Source: Octopus sinensis (Eukaryota). From it: a stretch of 64,000 nt of DNA. Below are positions 24,280-37,760 of this stretch, one piece after another; position 1 is the first letter of the stretch; each line of letters begins with the position of its first letter. The DNA is taken from contig NC_043006.1 in NCBI RefSeq assembly GCF_006345805.1, forward strand, positions 5,518,001 to 5,582,000, written 5' to 3'. Below the pieces are notes generated by a model, which was not told the DNA's origin, did not search any database, and saw nothing but the letters and a program-made list of their open reading frames with translations. Position numbers and translations under genes: made by a program.

Positions 24280-24875
24280 TATTTCTTTATTGCCCACAAG
24301 GGGCTAAACATAGAGGGGGACAAACAAGGACAAAGGGATTAAGTCGATTATATCGACCCCAGTGCGTAACTGGTACTTAATTAATCAACCCCGAAAGGAT
24401 GACAGGCAAAGTCGACCTCGGTGGAATTTGAACTCAGAACGTAACGGCAGACAAAATACCTATTTCGTTACTACCCACAAGGAGATAAACATAGAGGGAA
24501 CAAACAAGGACAGACAAACGGGTTAAGTCGATTATATCTACCCCAGTGTGTAACTGGTACTTAATTTATCGACCCCGAAAGGATGAAAAGCAAAGTTGAC
24601 CTCGGCGGAATTTGAACTCAGAACGTAAAGACAGACGAAATACCTATTTCTTTTCTACCCACAAGGAGCTAAACACAGAGGGGACAAACAAGGACAGACA
24701 AACGGATTAAGTCGATTTTATCGACCCCAGTGCGTAACTGGTACTTAATTTATCGACCCCGAAAGGATGAAAGGCAAAGTCGACCTCGGCGGAATTTGAA
24801 CTCAGAACGTAACGGCAGACGTAATACGGCTAAGCATTTCGCCCAGCGTGCTAACGATTCTGTCAGCTCGTCACC
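24280..24875 (-). mobile_element. SINE family C trimer
   Basis: Three 184-bp bodies plus one head; 18-bp TSD ttaacttg(c/t)gtaagttct. Confidence 0.9.
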
Positions 24876-25244
24876 TTAACTTGTGTAAGTTCTAGCCATA
24901 CTGCCATTGTATCCCTGTTAGGCACAAAAACGTGCGTTGTTCTCATAGAATGAATGAGCCATTTGACATTAATTTGCACGATTATCCATCCATTAGGTTT
25001 TATAAGATTTTAGGAGTACTCTTTACTCATGAGCATGTTGGCTAAATACTCCTTATATCGATTTGACAGAAACGGATCTGACACGTAAGATTTCAGCAGT
25101 AACTGAGATGTTCACTTTGATTTAATTTTTAGTTTTCCTCAAAAACATGAAGGTACTGGAATTGCTAAAACTGACCGAAAATCTTGAAGGTTCTCTATCT
25201 GTACTTATGCAATCAAGCGAGAGAAACTGGTAAAAGATTAAAAT

Positions 25245-25427
25245 ATATGTACATATGTATGTATGCACGTATGTATGTATGTATGTATGTATGTATGTAT
25301 GTATGTATGTATGTATGTATGTATGTATGTATGTATGTATGTACGTATATGTGTATGTATGTATATATATGCATGTATGTAGGTATATATATATATATAT
25401 GTCTATGTATACATATATATATAAATG

Positions 25428-25461
<34 letters not shown>

Positions 25462-25596
25462 CATATATGTACGTATGTATGTATGTACGTATATGTGTAT
25501 GTATGTATATATATGCATGTATGTATATATATGCATATATGTAGGTATATATATATATATGTCTATGTATACGTATATATGTAAATGTATATATAT

Positions 25597-25642
<46 letters not shown>

Positions 25643-25745
25643 CACATACATACATAGATACATACATACATACATACATACATACGTACATACATACATA
25701 CATACATACATATATACATACATACATATATTTACATATACCCAT
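25245..25745. repeat. (TATG)n / (TA)n / (CATA)n microsatellite block
   Basis: Direct observation; similar blocks at 29757-30145, 41878-42083, 45465-45555 and 54105-54655. Confidence 0.95.
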
Positions 25746-26121
25746 TTATATATACATACACAAACAGACACTCGCGCACACGTGTACATACGGTGAAAAG
25801 TAAAAGAAAAAAGGCCAAAAAAATAAAACAAACAGGAACACGAGATTGAAAGATTATAATGGTAGTGTCCATTAAAAAGATCAATCCTGAATGTAAATAT
25901 TAAGATACCAGCTGTTTAAACACGAACACTAACAAAACTTGAAATATGAAATATCAAACAAGACAACACGCACACACTCACACACACACGCACACACGCA
26001 CACGCACACACACGCACACACACACACATACACAAGCACACACATACACATATACACACATGCATATACATATATATACAAGCATAGGTACGTGCATATA
26101 TATATATATATATATATATGA

Positions 26122-26537
26122 TACTCTTTTACTATTTTAATTGTTTCAGTCATTTGACTGTGGCCATGCTGGGGCACCGCCTTTAGTCGAGCAAATCGAC
26201 CCCGGGACTTATTCTTTGTAAGCCCAGTACTTATTCTATCGGTCTCTTTTGCCGAACCGCTAGATGACGGGGACGTAAACACGCCAGCATCGGTTGTCAA
26301 GCAACGCTAGGGGGACAAACACCGACACACAAACACATACACACACACATACATATATATATATTCATATATATGACGGGCTTCTTATCAGTTTCCGTCT
26401 ACCAAATCCACTCAGAAGGCATTGGTCGGCCCGGGGCTATAGTAGAAGACACTTGCCGAAGATGCCATGCAGTGGGACTGAACCCGGAACCATGTGGTTG
26501 GTTAGCAAGCTACTTACCACACAGCCACTCCTGCGCC
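26122..26537 (-). mobile_element. SINE family A
   Basis: Full-length reverse copy. Confidence 0.9.
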
Positions 26538-26546
26538 TATATATAC

Positions 26547-26577
<31 letters not shown>

Positions 26578-27041
26578 TGTATGTGTGTATGTATGTATAC
26601 GTATATATACGATTCTGTTCATGTACGCGAGAAAAGATTTCTTAACGTACAGTGGAAGTCATTTATTGAAGTCTAAGATTCCACATTCTTTTCGGTTTCA
26701 TATTACCGGTGATCATATAATTGGATCTATTTACAAAGGCTCTTCTCTTCACTTTCACGCGTGCACATCCTCGTCCACACTCACATACCCACCCATTCAC
26801 CCACACAAACAGATGCATGTGTGTGTGTGTGTGTTTATAATTTTCGGTGATTGAAATATCAACTACTGCATCTGGTGAGATATGAATATTATTTACTTAA
26901 AGGACACAGTACATGTCTTATTCAATTTTTCTAGTTCGTTATGATTGGTGGTTTGTACCGAGCGCAGATATTTGAGATATTTCTCGGCGTATGAAAGTAT
27001 AACTGGCACTTAGAAACATGTATTTTATTGTCCTTTAAATG

Positions 27042-27082
<41 letters not shown>

Positions 27083-27090
27083 ACACACAC

Positions 27091-27128
<38 letters not shown>

Positions 27129-27444
27129 GTATATAAAGAAAAATAAGACAAGGTAGAACATGCTAAAATAATCACGAAGGACATTTTAGTACCGGTTTCA
27201 GGCTTTGCGACTTTTTCAACTTCAAGTAAGGCATGTAAAACAATTAAATTGTGGAAAAATCAAATAAAATGTTTTTATTTCAATGTTTCCATAATTTTCA
27301 AATGCAAGGGACCTTTTCCTTTTTTTTGGGGGGGGGCCCACTCTGTCCCTCTTTTTTACTCTTGTGGGTTCTAGGCTGTTAACAGCAACTAGTCGGAGAT
27401 GAATTCTTGTCTTTGATTGTTTAAGCAACTGTAGACGTACAGAA

Positions 27445-27593
27445 AGAGGACGGCGAAGAAGAAGAAGAAGAAGAAGAAGAAGAAGAAGAAGAAGAAGAAG
27501 AAGAAGAAGACGACGACGACGAAGAAGAAGACGACGAAGAAGAACACGACGAAGAAGAAGAAGGCGAAGAAGAAGAAGAAGAAGAAGAAGAAG

Positions 27594-27623
<30 letters not shown>
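27445..27623. repeat. (GAA)n trinucleotide tract with GAC/GGC/CAC interruptions
   Basis: Direct observation. Confidence 0.95.
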
Positions 27624-27624
<1 letters not shown>

Positions 27625-27625
27625 G

Positions 27626-27850
27626 CCTTTTAGTACTTTACGATAAAGACTGATTTCTAGATATCCCATGACTAGGTTAGCAAAGGAGGGGGGGCATTCT
27701 ATTACCCGTCGCAGTCCCCCATCTTTGTTGATAGAAGTTGTCTTTGAAGACAAAGTAGTTATTATTCTCCAAGATGAATTGTAGCCCTTCTGTTACTAAT
27801 TCTTTTTGATGCGATGTGAGAGTTCATTAGCGTAATTATCTCGCCAGAAT
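27626..27850 (-). mobile_element. Penelope-like retroelement RT fragment
   Basis: Minus translation FILENNNYFVFKDNFYQQRWGTATGNRMPPSFANLVMGYLE resembles the PLE Q..GTAMG..APS.ANL.MGYLE motif. Confidence 0.75.
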
Positions 27851-27864
27851 TGAATTGCCTGTGT

Positions 27865-27913
<49 letters not shown>

Positions 27914-27932
27914 ATATATATAGATATATATA

Positions 27933-28190
27933 TCATCATCGTTTAGCGTCCGCTTTCCATGCTAGCATGGGTTGGACGGGTCAACTGGGGTCTGTGAAGC
28001 TGGAAGGCTTCGTCAGGCCCAGTCAGATCTGGCAGTGTTTCTACGGCTGGATGCCCTTCCTAACGCCAACCACTCCGCGAGTGTAGTGGGTGTTTTTTAC
28101 GTGCCACCTGCACAGGTGCCAGACAGAGCTGGCGAACGGCCACGAACGGATGGTGCTTTTACGTGTCACCGGCACGGGGCCAGGCGATGC
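27933..28190 (-). mobile_element. SINE-like family E
   Basis: ggatgcccttcctaacgccaacc motif; (CAT)n end. Confidence 0.7.
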
Positions 28191-28223
<33 letters not shown>

Positions 28224-28227
28224 TTTT

Positions 28228-28444
28228 TACTCTTTTTTATTTGTTTCAGTCATTTGACTGCGGCCATGCTGGAGCACCGCCTTTAATCGAGCAACACGAC
28301 CCCGGGACTTATTCTTTTGTAAGCCCAGTACTTATTCTATCGGTCTCTTTGCCGAACCGCTAAGTAACGGGGACATAAACACACCAGCATCGGTTGACAA
28401 GCAATGCTAGGGGGACAAACACATACACACAAACACACACACGC

Positions 28445-28502
<58 letters not shown>

Positions 28503-28666
28503 TACGACGGGCTTCTTTTCAGTTTCCATCTACCAAATCCACTCACAAGGCTTTGGTCGGCCCGAGGCTATAGTAGAAGACACTTGCCCAAGGTGCTACG
28601 CAGTAGGACTAAACCCAGAACCATGTGGTTGGTTAGCAAGCTACTTACCACACAGCCACTCCTGCA
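28228..28666 (-). mobile_element. SINE family A
   Basis: Full-length reverse copy. Confidence 0.9.
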
Positions 28667-28721
28667 TGCATGTATGTATGTATGTATGTATGTATGTATA
28701 TGTATATATATATATGTGTAT

Positions 28722-28779
<58 letters not shown>

Positions 28780-29077
28780 ACCAATAGATAACGGGTGCTG
28801 GAGTGTTTTCGTCTCTGTACTTAATAGTTGGTAAAAGAACCGATAGAATAAGTGTGAGGTGAGAAACTTGCTTCCTGACCACATTGTTCCGGGTTCATTC
28901 CCACTGCGTGACACTTTGGGGGAAGTGTCGTCTGCTATAGCCTCAGGTCAACCAAAGCCTTGTACGTGGATTTGGTTGACGGAAACTGAATGAAGCCCGT
29001 CGTATATATGGTCAAATCGAAGAGACCATTACATAGAATGCTTCTGATTTCGAGGAGTAAGGACCTACCTGTGTGTG

Positions 29078-29196
<119 letters not shown>

Positions 29197-30043
29197 GAAA
29201 CTACAATGGGCAGTAATACTATGGACAGTTGGAGAAATATTTTGATGGGAATATTTAACAAACACATATATATAAATAGAAACAAACGTCACTTCCGCTT
29301 CCGCCCAATTGCATTCCATGCGATCGAAACACCTTTAAGAGAAACTTGACATCTATATATACAACGTCCATTACTTAAACCTTCAACTAATCTGAAATTG
29401 ATGGACCAGGGCGAAACTCTTCTCACTGTGATGTCCTGAAAATCCCATGTCCAGCAATAAACCTACAGCGTTATATCAGCTGTTATCAAATGTTCTTTTA
29501 GCTCTGCATCCCTTTGATTCTTATTTTGCTCAAGTGGACCCTCCTAGCCCTTTGGTGTTTAAGAAACCCTATTGTGTTTTTATTATCAAATATTTTTAGC
29601 AGTTGTATTTGAAAATTTGTTAAAATACTTCGTCAATTGTAAAAGTATAAGTAATTCATTACTGATGAATTTTAACAACAAAATCTTATATGAGCCACCA
29701 AGATGCTATGAACTCCGGCTGAGAACTGTTGACATACATCCATCATGTAATCATGGATGCATGCATGTATGTAATGTGTGTATGTATGTATGTATGTATG
29801 TATGCATGTGTGTATGCGTGTATGTATGTGTGTATGCGTGTATGTATGTATGTATGTATGAATGTATGTATGTGTGTATGTATGTGTGTATGTATGTATG
29901 TATGTACGCATGTATGTATGTATGTATGTATGTATGCATGCATGTATGTGTGTATGTATGTGTATGTATGTATGTATGTATGCATGTATGTGTGTATGTA
30001 TTATGTATGTATGTATGCATGTATGTATGTATGTATGTATGTA

Positions 30044-30079
<36 letters not shown>

Positions 30080-30159
30080 TGCATGTATGCGCGTGTGTGT
30101 ATGTATGTATGCATGTATGTGTGCATGTGTGTATGTATGTATCCATGTGCGTGTCTCTT

Positions 30160-30605
30160 TGCGTTTGTGTTTATCCCCCGTCACTATTTGAAAACCTGTG
30201 CTGGTGTGGTTACGTCTCCGCAACTTAGGGGTTCGGTAAAAGAGACCGATAGAATAGGCTTTAAAAAAATGTGGTCGATTCGTTCGACTAAAAGCAACCC
30301 TTCAAAGCGGTGCTCCAGCATGGCTGCAGTCAAATGACTGAAGCAAGTGAAAGATAAAAGATAAAGCCAATCTTCTACATGCTGTTATTTATAGTTCTTT
30401 TTCTGCTTCGAGCACCACCGTTGTAAAGAAAATACTTCATATAGGCGCAGGAGTGGCTGTGTGGTAAGTAGCTTGTTTACCAACCACATGGTTCCGGGTT
30501 CAGTCCCACTGCGTGGCACCTTGGGCAAGTGTCTTCTGCTATAGCCTCGGACCGACCAATGCCTTGTGAGTGGATTTGGTAGACGGAAACTGAAAGAAGC
30601 CTGTC

Positions 30606-30657
<52 letters not shown>

Positions 30658-30877
30658 TTGTGTGTCTGTGTTTGTTCCCCTAGCATTGCTTGACAACCGA
30701 TGCTGGTGTGTTTACGTCCCCGTCACTTAGCGGTTCGGCAAAAAGAGACCGATAGAATAAGTACTAGGCTTACAAAAAGAATAAGTCCCGGGGTCGAGTT
30801 GCTCGACTAAAGGCGGTGCTCCAGCCTGGCCGCAGTCAAATGACTGAAACAAGTAAAAGAGTAAAAGAGTAAAAGAG
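30160..30877 (+). mobile_element. SINE A 3' half (30160-30365) plus a full copy (30444-30877)
   Basis: Identity to SINE A. Confidence 0.88.
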
Positions 30878-31115
30878 ATATCTCTCAATTCTTATTAAAA
30901 TTCTTATCTAAATTCTTATAACGTTCACATCTTACAATTCTTTCTGGAAAAAACACAGCTACTAAAGTGGATGAAGAAAATTTGAAGCGTTACTATGGTA
31001 TAACAATTACAACACCAGTCACATTGTAAGATGATATGGGTTTGAGACACACGGACCGCATTCGAACTTTATCCATTCAAGGGGCGTTTTTTTCAACTCA
31101 AAATTGTACACGCAA

Positions 31116-31497
31116 AAGTCGGCGAGCTGGCAGAGTCGTTAGCACGCCGGGCGAAATGCGTAGCGGTAATTCGTCTGCGCTAAGTTCTGAGTTCAAATTC
31201 CGCCGAGGTCGACTTTGCCTTTCATCCTTTCGGGGTCGATAAATTAAGTACCAGCTACGCACTGGGGGCGATATAATCGACTTAATCAGGTTTGTCTGTC
31301 CTTGTTTGTCCTCTCTATGTTTAGCCCCTTGTGGGTAGAAAAGAAATAGGTATTTCGTCTGTCTTTACGTTCTGAGTTCAAATTCCGCCGAGGTCGACTT
31401 TGCCTTTCGTCCTTTCGGGATTGCGTACTGGGGTCGTTCTAATCGACTGGCCTGCTCCCACAAAATTTCGGGCCTTGTGCCGAGAGTAGAAAAGAAT
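31116..31497 (+). mobile_element. SINE family C dimer with a different terminal tail
   Basis: Head, body, second body ending aaatttcgggccttgtgcc..agaaaagaat; 9-bp attgtacac on both sides. Confidence 0.8.
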
Positions 31498-31552
31498 ATT
31501 GTACACCTTATTATTTATTGGATTGTCTGCTTCAAGTTCCACCGTTAAATAC

Positions 31553-31603
<51 letters not shown>

Positions 31604-31611
31604 TATATATA

Positions 31612-31644
<33 letters not shown>

Positions 31645-32466
31645 CGTATATATGTATGTATGTACCATAGTACCATATATAAAAATTACATAAAATTTAG
31701 ATTGGCTTCTATTATATGAGTTATCTACCTTACTAGTTGATTTTTAGATTGTAAATTCGTTAGAAAGATCATTGGTCCAATAATTAGCTTTATGAACTCA
31801 AATGCATTACTTTTTAACCACTATATTACGTATGTAAAACTCTAATATAGACATCAGTGCTTCTAACTACCCTCGGGGTAGTTAGTGCCTTTTCACTGAA
31901 TACTATCTTTCATTTATGTTGCGTGTAAGTATTCTTATTTAGTTTTACATTAATTTTATAAATGAAATGAAAGACAAAAAAATATATATATATATGAAAG
32001 AAGCACTGATACCTGCAACGTTTCCATAATTTTCTAGGTATTTTTTCATTCCTTACGTGGCTTAACACAGGACTGATAGACGTTTAAACTGTAACTTCCA
32101 CTGAACAAATAACATTTTACATTTGAGTGCTACATACAACATGTTTCAACGAAACAATCAATTCGTATTGATTTGCCACGTTTTGGTTACTAAATATGTT
32201 AGTCGGACATGGGCGGGAAGACATATGCTACAGAACGTGAACTGCCCTTTGTTTAGTGGAGGGAGATAGCTTCTTACACGGGGCTCTGTTTTTTTGTATT
32301 CTTTTATTTATTTATTTGTATTAGGTCTTTCTGAACTTTATTTCTTTCTTTTCATATTTTTCTGTATTACAAAAAAGAAAAAAAAAAAAGCTAAAAGCGA
32401 AGTGCAGTCCGTCCCCGTCGGTTAGTCGTACCTACATTCAACGACCAGCCCAGCTGAGAGTGGTGC

Positions 32467-33016
32467 TATTTCTTTATTGCCTTCAAGGGGCTAAACATAG
32501 AGGGGACAAACAAGGACAGACAAAGAGATTAAGTCGATTACATCGACCACAGTGCGTAATTGGTACTTAATTTATCGACCCCGAAAGGATGAAAGGCAAA
32601 GTCGACCTCGGTGGAATTTGAACTCAGAACGTAACGGCAGACGAAACACCTATTTCTATTTCTTTACTACTCACAAGGGGCTAAACAAAGAGAGGACAAA
32701 TAAGGACAGACAGGCGGATTAAGTCGATTATATCGACCCCATTGCGTAACTGGTACTTATTTAATCGACCCCGAAAGGATGAAAGGCAAAGTCGACCTCG
32801 GCGGAATTTGAACTCAGAATGTAACGGCAGACGAAATACCTATTTCTATTTCTTTACTACTCACAAGGGGTTAAACAAAGAGAGGACAAATAAGGACAGA
32901 CAAACGGATTAAGTCGATTATATCGACCCCATTGCGTAACTGGTACTTAATTTATCGACCCCGAAAGGATGAAAGGCAAAGTCGACCTCGGCGGAATTTG
33001 AACTCAGAACGTAACG
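32467..33016 (-). mobile_element. SINE family C headless trimer
   Basis: Three bodies of about 183 bp; 5' end abuts a LINE fragment. Confidence 0.88.
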
Positions 33017-34130
33017 TATGGACAGCGGTTGGTTAGAAACACAGGAGAGTGTCTATTAGTGATGTAATGCCAATCAGTCGAGTGGCCCATCTCTCTAGGA
33101 TATCCATGTGTTTAGTATCTGCAACGTTTCACATGTGGATGCAGTATTCTATCGTGGATCTCATTTGAACTTTGTAGAGTACCAGTGATTGTCGGGGGCT
33201 GAAATATTTCTGGAAAAGCAGACAATAGCCAGCCATTTAAAAATGTGGTCCTAGATTTATTAAGGATGTTCTTTCATTATCTAAGATCAACACTGATATA
33301 AATTCTAGCTTTTGGGGTCTGCATGGACTGTAGCTGTTAAGTGTTCACAATTGGGGTGGGGGAGTGCGATGGATTTTACCTAATATAAGTAGTGGTTCAG
33401 GATCTTTGCTAGTAGGAAGCCAAGCTTGGCGTAGCACCATGAGAGGACCCCCACGAGGCCTGCGTTCATGGAATATGAGTTGGAATAGTCTGCAGATAAT
33501 GCATAGCTGGGGAAGATTAGGGAGAAATTAAGGACCATATTATCTACAGGCGAGTGGTCTTCATTTGAAAGAAGAAAATTATGGACAATTACAAATCCTG
33601 AGATACACTGGAGTTGATTCCTGAGATACATATCCTGAAATGCACTGGAGTAGGACCGAAAAAGATCAGTGAATACGTGTTACGATTGTGTAAAAGGTAC
33701 CAATAAAAGAGACGAGGTATGGATGGATCTCGATAAGAGGAAAATTTCAATCGGTGATTAACATTTCACAAAGTGTTGGAAACCTTGATGACGCCTAAAG
33801 CAAAAACATTGCTTTCACTGGGCTTCTCTAATGAGAAAGTTCACTGATGAGTGACATAAGATGGCAGTTTTTCATGTCTGAAGATGATGAGGAACAGTGG
33901 AAACCGATCCTTGAGCGACAGCATACGATGTAGTTGCGGGGAAATATGTAAGTTAGATGGGAGCTAACGTGGCGATGTTTCTTTTTTTTTTCTTTGACGT
34001 TTCTCATCCGTAGCAGTTGCTTACAAAATTGCTTAGAGCGACCTGGATGGAATCTCTCTACACCTCCCTTGGTGCTGCGACTCCCTCTCATCCTTGTCTG
34101 AGTAATCTGGCGTTTCAGCTGGTCTTTAAT
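33017..34130 (-). mobile_element. Degenerate, internally deleted L2/CR1-group LINE
   Basis: Minus translation LYKVQMRSTIEYCIH...DILERWATRLIG (post-RT motif); upstream segment may be endonuclease/5' region. Confidence 0.6.
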
Positions 34131-34384
34131 ATATTTCCGAGAGGGGAAGGTCCTCTGTCTCTTTTGCCTTAGATGAGCGTATTCCGAATCCTACTTACTA
34201 TCAAAATGATAAAAATAAATTGTATTCGAGACTGAGTTGCAAATTGATGTATTTTTATTTATAAACAATTATAACTGGCCATATCGAGTTGGCTACCCAA
34301 GGTTTTGTGGTCAGGTGTTGGTGTGGGCTATCAAACTGCAGTGCACGAGGACATTTGATATGAAACGTATGTACTGAGGAAAAG

Positions 34385-35050
34385 CCAATTTATGCCTGCA
34401 GAGTCACAGGAAACTATCTTGATCTATGCCACGCGGTATAACCTAGTTAAAAACCGTCGAGACCCAGGAATAATTTGGTTCTTCTCTGAGGAGCAAAACT
34501 TCGACAAATATCAAAAGACAAGCAGGAAAAATTACAGATGGTTAGTGCAGCCCCTTTTGATGGCCCCCGAGTGATAGTCACTAAAGTTTCAGAACTTCAA
34601 AAACTGTAATGGATTTAAGAGATGTGAGTAACGAACGTCATGTCAATCCACCTCGCATCTTTCCACTGTACCTTAGAATTAATTCCTCCTGATAAGCCGA
34701 GGTGCTGGAGAGAGTCGTTGAACCTTGAATAGACGAAGTACACAACGGAAGGTCGTATGTGTTTCAACAAGATTCAGCATCTTCTCATGAAGTCTACATA
34801 ATCCATGAATGAATGAATGCCAAACAATCTTTACGATCATGTAACTCCAAAGTTGTAGCATCCAAGCGTGCTACATTTCGAGCGCTGTTGAAAGGGAGAC
34901 TAATAGACATCCTCACAACACCATAGCTTCGCTAAAAGCAATCGCAGTTGCGGTGATACTTAAAATGAATTATAATAATCTTGTGCATGCATGCCAAACA
35001 CTCCGGCTCTTCAGTGAGGCGGTCACCGAAGCTGAAGGCGGGTTCATAAA
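34385..35050 (+). mobile_element. Degenerate maT (DD37D)-type Tc1/mariner transposase
   Basis: FFSEEQNFDKYQK..RKNYRWL, YVFQQDSASSH, ERETNRHPHNT.ASLKA, EAEGGF motifs. Confidence 0.75.
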
Positions 35051-35437
35051 AGAATTTTATAAGAAAATTACCTGCAGCATCTGGAAGCTTTTTATCGCTT
35101 CTGCAATACCTGCAGTCTAAAGATTTTTTAATACTATACAAATTACAATACAGCCTAATCTGTACATCACAATATATACAATGCAATCGGCCACTTTACT
35201 GTCAATAAACGACACCACTGTATATCACACTTCACCAAACCATGTTACAACAGTTTCTACATCCAGCTTCAACACAGTATAAAGTGATGTGTTCTTTTAT
35301 CTTTGCATCCATACCCAACCGTACAACATACTGGGCCGTCATTACTAGCACCCTCCCCGAGCCCTTATTTGGTATATACACTATCACATTTGCCTTATAT
35401 GCATCACAAAATATATATGCAATACACTATATTATAT

Positions 35438-35731
35438 GGAGGTGCAATGGTCCAGTGGTTAGGGCAGCGGACTCGCGGTCGTAGGATCGCGGTTTCAATT
35501 CCCAGACCGGGTGTTGTAAATGTTTATTGAGCGAAAACACCTAAAAGCTCCACGAGACTCCGGCAGGAAGTGGTGATCCCTGCTTTACTCTTTCACCACT
35601 CTTTCTCCTACTCTTTCTTCTGTTGGCCTGCTCTCTTAGCCAGCGGGGTGGGGTCATTCGAAGGCTAAAACAATGCGAACGCATTGTGACCAGCGATGTG
35701 TAACTACATCTGATGGACTGGTCGAAAAAAA
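35438..35731 (+). mobile_element. SINE family B, tail type 1
   Basis: Same tail as the 23141 copy; TSD atattatatg. Confidence 0.88.
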
Positions 35732-36028
35732 ATATTATATGTAGTTTCTTACATAAGGGTTTAAAACCACATTATATACACTATATACAATCCAATATTC
35801 CGCTGTATATATACTATAATATATGATGTAAATTACAAGACTTGAGAATATAGAGGACATTTTCAATGTATTTGAGGAGTGGACGATGTGATGGGATCTC
35901 TGTACGTTCCCAATGAAACTATATCGAAAGGAATAAATCATTCACTGAAATAGTGGAGTACATATACACAACAATGCACTGTTGCCCTCCACAATATATA
36001 GAACTCAGTCCATCATAATATAAACACC

Positions 36029-36388
36029 TCTTTTCTCTTAAGCACTCCGTCGGTTACGACGACGAGGTTTCTGGTTGATCCGATCAACGGAACAGCCTGC
36101 TCGTGAAATTAACGTGTACGTGGCTGAGCACTCCACAGACACGTGTACCCTTAACGTAGTTCTCGGGGATATTCAGCGTGACGCAGAGAGTGATAAGGCC
36201 GGCCTTTTGAGTGAGAGAAAGTTGTGGTGAAATAGTAGGGCAGGGATCACCACCGTCCCTGCCGGAGCCACGTGAAGCTTTAGGTGTTTTCGCTCAATAA
36301 ACACTCACAACGCCCGGTCTTGGAATCGAAACCGCGATCCTACGACCGCGAGTCCGCTGCCCTAACCGCTGGGCCATTGCGCCTCCAC
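36029..36388 (-). mobile_element. SINE family B, tail type 2
   Basis: 12-bp TSD aatataaacacc; tail matches the 50304 copy. Confidence 0.88.
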
Positions 36389-36605
36389 AATATAAACACC
36401 GCAATACTACAGTATATACATCCCAGTATGATCATCATCAATCAAAGCTGAGACTTGTGCAGTGAAGTAGTCGACTTTACTATACAAATGTAGCGGACCA
36501 CGAACAGTTTGTAGAACATTTGGACTTATTTTGTCTCCTTAAAAGTTCTTGCGCTCATTCACAGCGGAATGCATAAAATATTTGCTTCCTTTTAACCCAT
36601 GCATG

Positions 36606-37027
36606 CTCTTTTACTCTTTTACTCTTTTATTTGTTTCAGTCAGGACTGTGGCCATACTGGAGCACCGCCTTTAGTCGAGTACATTGACCCCAGGACTTAT
36701 TCTTTTTTAAGCCTAGTACTTATTCTATCGAGCTCTTTTGCCAAACCGCTAAGTTACGGGGACGTAAACACACCAGCATCGGTTGTCAAGCGATGTCGGG
36801 AGGACAAACACAGACACACAAACATATACACACATACATATATATATACACATATACATATATACGACGGGCTTCTTTCAGTTTCCGTCTACCAAATCCA
36901 CTCACAAGGTTTTGGTCGGCCCGAGGCTATAGTAGAAGACACTTGCCCAAGGTGTCACGCAGTGGGACTGAACCCGAAACCATGTGGTTGGTAAGCAAGC
37001 TACTTACCACACAGCTACTCCTACGCC
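36606..37027 (-). mobile_element. SINE family A
   Basis: Full-length reverse copy. Confidence 0.9.
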
Positions 37028-37760
37028 GATGCTGTATATTTTACGAGAATGAAATGGAAGGTTGCATGTTGTTGCAGTGTTTTCTCCCAGAAACAAAATA
37101 AATGAAATGAATGACTTCAAACAAGGGGTGGCGTGTCGAAGTTCAGATTGCCAGCGTTAGCTCAGCTACTGCTCTACTGTGCTCGATTGCTGAAAGTAAT
37201 TTTGTGAAATACGAATTGCTGGGAAAATATCATTTGTCGAAGATTTATGCTTGTTTAATGCTCTGGATATCTTATCGGTGTAAATATTTGAACACGCTCG
37301 AAAACGATTGAATTTTTTTATCTACATTTTGAAACTCTGCTTTTCTTCCAGGAACTTACTATAATTAGTGTATTGGAAAACAACTCTAAACAAAAACTAT
37401 TGAGAAAAGGTTTTGTTGTGTCAGCTCATGTGTCGAGCTTTTAGATTTGGTGCGCTATTGGACTGGAAACGTAGCTCTATTTGTCTTACTGTTATAAGAG
37501 ATATCAAAACTTCAAAATATATTGGTTGTTCTCATGGTTAACTGAAAAATGCGATGAGAATATATTCCAAACATTTTAAGCTTTTAGTATATAAAGATGG
37601 CATTAGCAAAAAAGACAAAACTATTTTTATTATTTTTACACAAATTTTCATTTATTTCTTCGTGAAATTACTCGTTATAGTCATTTCGTAAATTGTTTTT
37701 CATTTACCTTTTTGCAAGCTATTAAAAAAATGCATTCTACTACCTATTTTCAATAAGTAC

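Noticed and set aside
25176-25226. 51-nt minus exon candidate
   Set aside because: Short, non-consensus donor, no recognisable motif
27421-27753. Poly-Ser ORF
   Set aside because: Reverse reading of the (GAA)n tract
29300-29480. TWDFQ read as a Roc-type G3 motif
   Set aside because: Lacks the GQ residues and lies downstream of the putative G4, which is the wrong order
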